A DNA stretch of 64,000 nt from an uncultured Aquihabitans sp. GTDB lineage: Bacteria > Actinomycetota > Acidimicrobiia > Acidimicrobiales > Microtrichaceae. The stretch lies in contig CAZNQK010000003.1 of assembly GCA_964575165.1 (NCBI GenBank), forward strand, positions 10,860 through 74,859, in the 5' to 3' direction. This document shows, piece by piece, positions 57,358 to 64,000 of this stretch. The notes beneath the pieces are model-generated. The model worked only from the letters and a program-made list of their open reading frames with translations, was not told the origin of the DNA and made no database searches. A program made the position numbers and the translations under genes. Position 1 is the stretch's first letter, and each line of letters opens with the position of its first letter.

Positions 57358-58956
57358 TCAGGCCGTGGTGTCGACCTTCTCCCGCTCCTCGGCAGGTCGC
57401 CCTGTCGGACGGTCGAAGTTGGGGCTGGTCGGTGTGACGTAGACGACGCCGGCGCCGGACTCCAGGTGGTACGGCGGCAACCCGTGCTCGACGACGTCGA
57501 TCCCCTCGAGCTCCTCGTCCCGACTGATCCTGAGGTTCCAATCGCCTGGGAGCTTGCGGAGAACCGTCATCACGACGGCGGCCAGGCCGCCGACGACGAC
57601 CAGGCACGAGACGCTGCCGATGATCTGGGCGATGAGCTGACCGGCACCGCCTCCCCAGAACACTCCTGTGATTGGCGCGCTGTTGTCGACTCCTTCGGGA
57701 GTCGGCAGTCCGTACTGACCGCTGGCGAAGAGACCGACGGCGATGGTGCCGAAGATCCCGCAGACCAGGTGCACTGGCACCGCTCCGATCGGGTCGTCGA
57801 TCCGGAGGTGCTCCAGCAGGTCGACACCGAGTGGGACGATGATCCCGGCGATCACCCCGATCAGCACCGCCCCGAGAGGGTTGACCCAGTAGCAGGGGGC
57901 GGTGATGGCGACGAGGCCGCCGAGGAACCCGTTGAGCGAGATGCCGAGGTCCCACTTCTTGGATCGTGGGTAGACGAAGAGCACCGCCACGATCCCGCCA
58001 GCGCAGGCCGCGAGGGTGGTGTTGGTGGCGACCCGGCCGATGCCCTCCCAGTCCATCGCCGAGAGCGTCGAGCCGGGGTTGAAGCCGTACCAGCCGAACC
58101 AGAGGATGACGGCGCCGATCGAGGCCATGACCAGGTCGTGGGGAGGGAACAGGCCACCGCCGTCACGGGCGAACCTGCGACCGAGGCGTGGCCCGAGGGC
58201 CACGGCTCCGGCGAGGGCGATGACGCCTCCGACGGTGTGCACGACGGTCGAGCCGGCGAAGTCGCGGAACACGATGCCGTCGGGCACGAGGCCGCTGAAC
58301 CAACCCATGGTGTTGCCGAGCCAGCCTCCCGGGCCCCAGACCCAGTGGCCGAAGATCGGGTAGAGGAAGCCCGACACGCAGAGGGAGTAGAGGATGTCGC
58401 CCTTGAAGCTGGTCCTGCCGACCATCGCCCCCGACGTGATCGTCGAGGCCGTGTCGGCGAACGCCAGCTGGAACAGGAAGAACGCCATGAACGCGACGCC
58501 CGTCGTGCCGTAGGCCGCGGGTGCGCCCGACAGGAAGAAGTACTGGTTGCCGATCAGGCCGTTGCCCTCGCCGAACATGAATGCGAACCCGATGGCCCAG
58601 AACAGGATCCCGCAGAGGCACGTGTCGAACACGCACTCCATGAGGACGTTGACCGTCTCCCTGGACCGGGCGAGGCCGGCTTCGAGGGCCATGAAGCCGG
58701 CCTGCATGAAGAAGACCAGGAAGGCCGCGACGAGCACCCAGACCGTGTTGATCGGGCTGATCGTGTCGGCAGCCTCCACCGCGGCCCGAGCCGCCGTGGA
58801 TGCTTCTGCCTCGGCGCCGAAGATGGACCCCATCGACTTGACGATGGCGAGGAGCGCTGCGACGCCGAGCATCTTGCCGGCCAGGATCACCCACAACATC
58901 CTGCGGGTGTCCGGGTCCCTGAACCTGTTCAACCGTGCTGTGATCATGGGCGGCAC
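57358..58956 (-). CDS. amt: Ammonium transporter (Amt family) with C-terminal cytoplasmic extension
   Basis: NTVWVLVAAFLVFFMQAGFMALEAGLARSRETVNVLMECVFD, FAGSTVVHTVGG and GAVPVHLVCGIFGTIAVGLFA. The start is uncertain (GTG 58956, ATG 58947, ATG 58899). Confidence 0.85.
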   Translation of the reverse strand: MPPMITARLNRFRDPDTRRMLWVILAGKMLGVAALLAIVKSMGSIFGAEAEASTAARAAVEAADTISPINTVWVLVAAFLVFFMQAGFMALEAGLARSRETVNVLMECVFDTCLCGILFWAIGFAFMFGEGNGLIGNQYFFLSGAPAAYGTTGVAFMAFFLFQLAFADTASTITSGAMVGRTSFKGDILYSLCVSGFLYPIFGHWVWGPGGWLGNTMGWFSGLVPDGIVFRDFAGSTVVHTVGGVIALAGAVALGPRLGRRFARDGGGLFPPHDLVMASIGAVILWFGWYGFNPGSTLSAMDWEGIGRVATNTTLAACAGGIVAVLFVYPRSKKWDLGISLNGFLGGLVAITAPCYWVNPLGAVLIGVIAGIIVPLGVDLLEHLRIDDPIGAVPVHLVCGIFGTIAVGLFASGQYGLPTPEGVDNSAPITGVFWGGGAGQLIAQIIGSVSCLVVVGGLAAVVMTVLRKLPGDWNLRISRDEELEGIDVVEHGLPPYHLESGAGVVYVTPTSPNFDRPTGRPAEEREKVDTTA

Positions 58957-58970
58957 GGTACGGAGCGGGT

Positions 58971-59030
58971 GTTTCGCCTCAGTGTGCCGCCGGTGAACCG
59001 TCTGGGGCCGATGTGTTTCCGGGTCGTTTC
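58971..59030 (-). promoter_or_regulatory. Candidate GlnR-type operator: 5-mers spaced by 6 nt (minus strand: GAAAC-n6-GAAAC ... TTCAC-n6-CACAC-n6-GAAAC) upstream of amt
   Basis: Read on the minus strand and compared with the actinomycete GlnR consensus gTnAc-n6-GaAAc as I recall it. The match is partial. Confidence 0.3.
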
Positions 59031-59039
59031 GGAGGGCTC

Positions 59040-59285
59040 TCAGCGGTCGATCGTGACCGACGGCTCTCCGTCGGTCACGGTGATCGTGGCGGGCATGCCC
59101 ATCAGCTCGATCGGGTCGCCGATCCAGACGTTGGAGGTGACGGTCAGGACCTGGCCCTTGTGCTCACCGGCGACGATCGTGAGGTCGAGGGTGCTCCCGC
59201 CGCCCGGAGCGTCGTCGGCGTCGACCACGAAGGCGTCGTAGCGACCGTCGGCCAACGGGGGAGATGTGTCGGGACCAGGAGCCAC
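59040..59285 (-). CDS. Hypothetical 81-aa protein downstream of kdpE
   Basis: ORF with GC3-rich codon usage, 10 nt after the kdpE stop. No recognisable motif. Confidence 0.4.
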   Translation of the reverse strand: MAPGPDTSPPLADGRYDAFVVDADDAPGGGSTLDLTIVAGEHKGQVLTVTSNVWIGDPIELMGMPATITVTDGEPSVTIDR

Positions 59286-59295
59286 CGCAGCGACA

Positions 59296-59997
59296 CTACG
59301 AGGATGTCGGGTCGTCGGCGGTCGTCGGCTCGAACCGGTACCCGATGCCGGACTCGGTGTGGAAGTAGCGGGGACGTGACGGGTCCGGCTCGAGCTTGTG
59401 GCGCACGTTCGACATGTGGACCCGCAGGTAGTGCGTCTGCCTCTCGACTCCCGGGCCCCAGACCTCGGTCAGGAGCTGGCGCTGCGTCAGGAGCCGACCC
59501 GGGTTTGTCACCAGCCGTTCCACGAGACCCCACTCGATGGGGGTCAGTCGGACCTCGTCGTCGCCGACGGTCACGCGGCGTGCAGCCAGGTCGATGGTGA
59601 AGTCGTCGGTCTCGATGACGGGGTCGACGGTGTCGGGGACCCGACGTCGTAGGACGACACGCAGGCGCGCCAGCAGTTCACCCATGCTGAAGGGCTTGGT
59701 CACGTAGTCGTCCGCGCCGGCGTCGAGGGCCGCGACCTTGTCGGACTCCTCGCCCCGGACCGACAGGACCACGATCGGGACGTCGGTCCAGCCCCTGAGC
59801 GCCTCGATCACCTCCTGACCATCGATCCCGGGGAGTCCGAGGTCGAGGATCACGGCGTCGGGATGGGAGCCCGCGACCCGGGTCAGCGCGTCCTCGCCGC
59901 TTCCGACGGCGTCCACGTCGTGACCGGCGGCGCGTAGCGTCACCGAGAGGGCCTTGCGGATCTGGGGCTCGTCGTCGACGACGAGGATCCTGCTCAT
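59296..59997 (-). CDS. kdpE: OmpR-family response regulator KdpE
   Basis: ILVVDDEPQIRKAL...DAVILDLGLPGIDG receiver domain plus a winged-helix C-terminus (LTPIEWGLVERL...YFHTESGIGYRF). 4-nt overlap with kdpD. Confidence 0.85.
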   Translation of the reverse strand: MSRILVVDDEPQIRKALSVTLRAAGHDVDAVGSGEDALTRVAGSHPDAVILDLGLPGIDGQEVIEALRGWTDVPIVVLSVRGEESDKVAALDAGADDYVTKPFSMGELLARLRVVLRRRVPDTVDPVIETDDFTIDLAARRVTVGDDEVRLTPIEWGLVERLVTNPGRLLTQRQLLTEVWGPGVERQTHYLRVHMSNVRHKLEPDPSRPRYFHTESGIGYRFEPTTADDPTSS

Positions 59998-62678
59998 CGG
60001 CGTCCCACCTCGGCGGGTTCGGACCCGCTCTCCTCCGTCGTTGCACCGTCGCCCGTGTCGAGCCCGGAGACAGGGAGCTCGAACACGACGGTCAGGCCTC
60101 CGCCGGGGGTGTCCTCCATCTCCAGGCGACCGCCGACAGCGACGGTGAAACCGTGGGCGATCGCCAGCCCCAGCCCCACTCCGGCCTGGGTGGAACGGTC
60201 GCCGAGTCGTTGGAAAGGAGCGCGCACCGTCACGCGGTCCTCGGGCCGGATGCCCGGACCGTCGTCGATCACCCGTAGGTGGACGTGCTCGCCGACGGCA
60301 GCCGCATCGACGACGACCGGGCGTCCTGCCGGTTGGACGGCCAGGGCGTTTGCGACCACGTTCGCCACCGCTCGCTCGATGAGCGGCGCGTCGACGTCGA
60401 CGAGCGGTAGATCCGCAGGGAGGTGGACCTCCACCGACCGAGGCCGGGAGAGGTCATCGGCCGGTTCGCGGTCGGCCGCCGTCGCCACCGCCGCGCTCAC
60501 GATGTCCTCGACCGGTGTGGGCAGACGGAGGACCTTCATGCCTCCGGACTGGAGGCGACTCATGTCGAGGAGGTTGCCGACGACGCGGTCAAGTCGGTCC
60601 ACCTCGTCGTCGATGAGCACCAGGAACTCTCTCGTGTCCTCGGGTCCGATGTCGAGGTCGGGAGACAGGAGCGACGTCGCCGCCGCCTTGATCCCGGCCA
60701 GAGGAGTCCTGAGGTCGTGTGACACCGCCTGGAGGATCCCGGTGCGCAGCTCCTCGGCCCGCAGCAGCGCCTCGGCCGCAGCGGCGTCGGCACGCAGGCC
60801 GACGGCTTCCACCGCCACCCGCAGCTGCTCCACCAGGGTCTCGAGCAGCTCGTGGTCGCTGGCGTCGACCTCACCGTCGAACACGAGGAACCAGGTGCCG
60901 TCAGCTGTGACGTCGTGGTGGACCCTGTCGGCGGTGCCCGTCGGCGTTCCGTCACCGCTGTGGGCGACAACCTTGGCGGAGCGGTCCTCCGACTGCCCAA
61001 CGGAGACCGTCGCCAGCGCAGCGTCGGGATCGGTGGTCGAGCACAGGAGCGTGACAGCCCGCAACCCGAGGGCTGATCGGACCTCGTCGAGCAGGTGGGG
61101 CAACGGGTCGGTCTCTGTCGCCAGCACCTCGGCCGAACGGGCGAGGGCCCCTGCGTCGGCGCGGGCCCGTGCTGCCTCGGCCGACCGACGGGCGATCCGG
61201 TCGACGAGTGTGGCGACCGTCGATCCGACGAGGACGAACACCAGGAGGGCGACGACGTTCTCCGCTCGGGTGACTGTCAACGTGCCGTAGGGAGGGACGA
61301 ACAGGAAGTTGATCGCCAGGGAGCACACGACCGCGGAGACGATCCCAGGTAGTCGACCTCCGAGGGTCCCCACCGCGACGACCATGCTGAGCCCGATCAG
61401 AACCACGGTCGCCACGCCGAGGTCGTCGCGCAACGGCATCAGGGCGAGCAGCATCAGCGGTGTGCCGATCAACAGGAGGAGCCACCCTGCGGCACGCCGC
61501 CGTCGCGGGAGCGGTGTGCGCAGCGCTCCAGGGGTCGCGGCGATGGCGCTCTGCGTCGGGCCGGAGGGGTGTCGGTCCGACTCGGGCGCCGAGATCACGT
61601 GCACGTCCAGGTCGCGGGCCAACCGCAGCAGCCTGCCGACGACAGAGCCGCGGGTGAGCTCGTGGCGACGTGACTGGCGCGACGCCCCGATCACGATCTG
61701 GGTGACCCGCTCGCTGCGGGCGACGGCCACCAGCGTCTCAGGGACGTCGTCTCCGACGACCTCGCGGTAGCTGCCGCCGAGCTCCTCCAGCAGGCGCCGG
61801 TGCTCCTCGAGGTGCGGGCCGCGGCGGTCGACGAGACCGTCGGTCGGGGTGATGTGCACGCCGATCAGCTCGCCCTGGTTGCGGCGGGCCAGGCGTGACG
61901 CCCGGCGGATCACTCCGTCCGCGTCGGGCGCCCCGGTTACGGCGACGAGGACTCGCTCGCGCGTCTCCCATGCTCCCCCGATGCCGTGGTCCTCGAGATA
62001 GGTGTGGAGCTCGTCCTCGACGCGGTCGGCCAACCACAGCAGAGCCAGCTCCCGCAGCGCCCCCAGGTTTCCGGGCCGGAAGTAGTTGCCCAGAGCGGCG
62101 TCGACCCGCTCGGCCGGGTAGATGTTGCCGTGCGCCATCCGACGCCTCAGCGCCTCGGGTGTCATGTCGACGAGCTGTATCTGCTCCGCGGCTCGGACCC
62201 AGGCGTCGGGCACCGTCTCGCGCTGGCGGATGCCCGTGATGCGCTCGACCACGTCGTTGACCGACTCCAGGTGCTGGATGTTGACCGTGGAGATCACGTC
62301 GATGCCTGTTGACAGGAGCTCGTCTATGTCCTGCCAGCGTTTGGTGTGGCGAGAGCCCGGAGCGTTCGTGTGGGCGAGCTCGTCGACCAGCACGACCTCC
62401 GGGCGACGGGCGAGCACGGCGTCGACGTCGAGCTCTGCCAGCTCCGCTCCCCGGTGGGCGAACACCCGTCGGGGCATCAGCTCGACGCCGTCTGCCACGG
62501 CCCCCTCGACGACCTCGGACGTCCGATCCCTGCCGTGGGTCTCGACGAGGCCGATGACCACGTCGGTCCCACGGCTCGCTCGTCGTCGGCCCTCCTCGAG
62601 CATCGCGAACGTCTTGCCGACTCCGGGAGCCGCTCCGAGGTAGACCCTCAGGGTTCCGCGGGCGCGGTCCGTGCTCAC
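59994..62678 (-). CDS. kdpD: Sensor histidine kinase KdpD
   Basis: N-terminal KdpD domain (LRVYLGAAPGVGKTFAMLEEGRRR), a Usp-like region, 4 TM, H-box AVSHDLRTPL and an ATPase domain (GVGLGLAIAHGF). Confidence 0.9.
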   Translation of the reverse strand: MSTDRARGTLRVYLGAAPGVGKTFAMLEEGRRRASRGTDVVIGLVETHGRDRTSEVVEGAVADGVELMPRRVFAHRGAELAELDVDAVLARRPEVVLVDELAHTNAPGSRHTKRWQDIDELLSTGIDVISTVNIQHLESVNDVVERITGIRQRETVPDAWVRAAEQIQLVDMTPEALRRRMAHGNIYPAERVDAALGNYFRPGNLGALRELALLWLADRVEDELHTYLEDHGIGGAWETRERVLVAVTGAPDADGVIRRASRLARRNQGELIGVHITPTDGLVDRRGPHLEEHRRLLEELGGSYREVVGDDVPETLVAVARSERVTQIVIGASRQSRRHELTRGSVVGRLLRLARDLDVHVISAPESDRHPSGPTQSAIAATPGALRTPLPRRRRAAGWLLLLIGTPLMLLALMPLRDDLGVATVVLIGLSMVVAVGTLGGRLPGIVSAVVCSLAINFLFVPPYGTLTVTRAENVVALLVFVLVGSTVATLVDRIARRSAEAARARADAGALARSAEVLATETDPLPHLLDEVRSALGLRAVTLLCSTTDPDAALATVSVGQSEDRSAKVVAHSGDGTPTGTADRVHHDVTADGTWFLVFDGEVDASDHELLETLVEQLRVAVEAVGLRADAAAAEALLRAEELRTGILQAVSHDLRTPLAGIKAAATSLLSPDLDIGPEDTREFLVLIDDEVDRLDRVVGNLLDMSRLQSGGMKVLRLPTPVEDIVSAAVATAADREPADDLSRPRSVEVHLPADLPLVDVDAPLIERAVANVVANALAVQPAGRPVVVDAAAVGEHVHLRVIDDGPGIRPEDRVTVRAPFQRLGDRSTQAGVGLGLAIAHGFTVAVGGRLEMEDTPGGGLTVVFELPVSGLDTGDGATTEESGSEPAEVGRR

Positions 62679-62727
62679 CCCTCCAGCCTGCCCGACGCAG
62701 ACGACCGACCGGTGAAGCAGCTCGTCG

Positions 62728-63342
62728 TCATCGTCGGGTCTCGCCCTGTCCGGCGCGATCGAGAGCGAGGTTCAGCTCCAGGACGTTCACGCCCGGGTCT
62801 CCGAGGATCCCGAGGGGTCGTTCGTCGGTGTTCTCGTCGACGAGGGCGAGCACGTCGTCGAGCTCCATGCTCCGCGCTCCGGCGACTCTCGGCGCCTGGA
62901 GCCGGGCGTTGGCGATCGAGATGTGCGGGTCGAGACCCGATCCCGATGCCTGGACGGCATCGGCCGGTACGTCGACCTCGGCCGACAGCCCGTTGGTGTC
63001 CCTGTACTCCTCGACCCTCTCGACGACGGCGTCGAGGTACTCGGCGTTGGTCGGTCCGAGGTTCGAGCCGCTCGAGGCCGCCCCTTCGTAGCCGGAACCC
63101 GCGGCCGACGGGCGCGGGTGGAAGTACTCGGCCGCGCTGAACTGCTGGCCGATCAGCTCTGAACCGACGACCTCGCCGTCGACGGTGACCAGGGAGCCGT
63201 CGGCCTTGCCTCGGAACACGAGCTGTCCCACGCCGGTGACGGCCAGCGGGTACACGAGACCGCAGATCACCGTGAGCACGATCGTCGCCACCAGAGCGGG
63301 TGTGGACTGACGCAGGAACGACCTGAACTGCTGACCCATCAC
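62728..63342 (-). CDS. kdpC: Potassium-transporting ATPase subunit C
   Basis: [24 protein letters not shown]...SGSNLGPTN...[17 protein letters not shown]. Confidence 0.85.
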   Translation of the reverse strand: MMGQQFRSFLRQSTPALVATIVLTVICGLVYPLAVTGVGQLVFRGKADGSLVTVDGEVVGSELIGQQFSAAEYFHPRPSAAGSGYEGAASSGSNLGPTNAEYLDAVVERVEEYRDTNGLSAEVDVPADAVQASGSGLDPHISIANARLQAPRVAGARSMELDDVLALVDENTDERPLGILGDPGVNVLELNLALDRAGQGETRR

Positions 63343-64000
63343 CTGACTCCCATCGCTGTGAGGACGACGTCGATGACCTTGATCCCGATGAACGGGGTGA
63401 CCAGGCCGCCGAGGCCGTAGATCAGGAGGTTGCGCCGCAGCACCACCGAGGCCGACTCCGGTCTGAACCGGACCCCTCGCAACGCTAGGGGCACCAGGGC
63501 GACGATGATCAGCGCGTTGAAGATGACCGCCGAGAGGATCGCTGATCGGGGTGAGCCCAGGTCCATGACGTTCAGTCGGTCGAGTGCCGGGAACACTCCG
63601 GCGAACATCGCCGGGATGATCGCGAAGTACTTGGCCACGTCGTTCGAGATCGAGAACGTGGTCAGCGCGCCGCGGGTGATGAGGAGCTGCTTGCCGATCT
63701 CGACGATCTCGATCAGCTTCGTCGGGTCGGAGTCGAGGTCGACCATGTTCCCGGCTTCCTTGGCCGCCTGGGTGCCGGTGTTCATGGCGACGCCGACGTC
63801 GGCCTGGGCGAGAGCCGGGGCGTCGTTGGTGCCGTCACCGGTCATGGCGACGAGGTTGCCGCCGGCCTGCTCGGACTGGATCAGCGCCATCTTGTCCTCT
63901 GGCGTGGCCCCGGCGAGGAAGCCGTCGACGCCGGCCTCCTCGGCGATCGCCTCGGCGGTGAGCGGGTTGTCGCCGGTGATCATCACCGTTCGGATGCCCA
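63339..64000 (-). CDS. kdpB: Potassium-transporting P-type ATPase subunit B, C-terminal part (5' end beyond the window)
   Basis: [20 protein letters not shown]...[45 protein letters not shown]. The ORF is open to the window edge. Confidence 0.9.
   Translation of the reverse strand, partial: GIRTVMITGDNPLTAEAIAEEAGVDGFLAGATPEDKMALIQSEQAGGNLVAMTGDGTNDAPALAQADVGVAMNTGTQAAKEAGNMVDLDSDPTKLIEIVEIGKQLLITRGALTTFSISNDVAKYFAIIPAMFAGVFPALDRLNVMDLGSPRSAILSAVIFNALIIVALVPLALRGVRFRPESASVVLRRNLLIYGLGGLVTPFIGIKVIDVVLTAMGVR

Overview
GC-rich, gene-dense chromosomal segment with Actinomycetota hallmarks: frequent GTG starts, 4-nt GTGA/ATGA start-stop overlaps, an LAxTG sortase-E signal and a PASTA kinase. The gene order iscS-mnmA ... 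ligA ... gatCAB ... ilvBN-ilvC matches, from memory, Mycobacterium tuberculosis Rv3025c-Rv3001c. All calls come from reading the six-frame translations and the DNA by eye; no searches were run. I call about 56 protein genes:
- the distal part of a Tad/Flp pilus locus (tadA', tadB, tadC and a coupled polytopic membrane protein);
- a 4-gene minus-strand operon of lipid-type enzymes (fatty acyl-CoA reductase-HAD fusion, Zn-ADH, LarA-like protein, PlsC acyltransferase);
- ddl and murF, iscS-mnmA, ligA, a PASTA Ser/Thr kinase, gatCAB, ilvD, ilvBN, ilvC, thrB, metY, amt and kdp(B)CDE;
- transporters, lipoproteins and hypothetical membrane proteins interspersed among these.
No rRNA, tRNA, CRISPR array, transposase, integrase or phage gene was recognised. 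The most unusual content is non-coding:
- a family of near-perfect 47-57 nt AT-enriched palindromes sharing a GTT(Y)TGTGTGT..ACGTCG arm at three gene ends;
- a second 49-nt repeat pair bracketing iscS-mnmA;
- a 15-16 nt tandem repeat that runs into a perfect 56-nt palindrome after gatB;
- a 16-codon Val/Leu-rich leader ORF plus terminator (ilv attenuator) followed by a CA-rich tandem repeat in front of ilvB;
- many TANNNT -10-like hexamers 6-9 nt upstream of start codons, implying leaderless or near-leaderless mRNAs.
Candidate novel protein biology:
- the FAR-HAD / ADH / LarA-like / PlsC operon;
- a vWA-TadB fusion with a coupled GT-C-like membrane protein;
- a DUF853/HerA-like ATPase with a long coiled-coil tail;
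- a PPAT-like gene with a coupled 42-aa membrane peptide and a divergent Nudix remnant.
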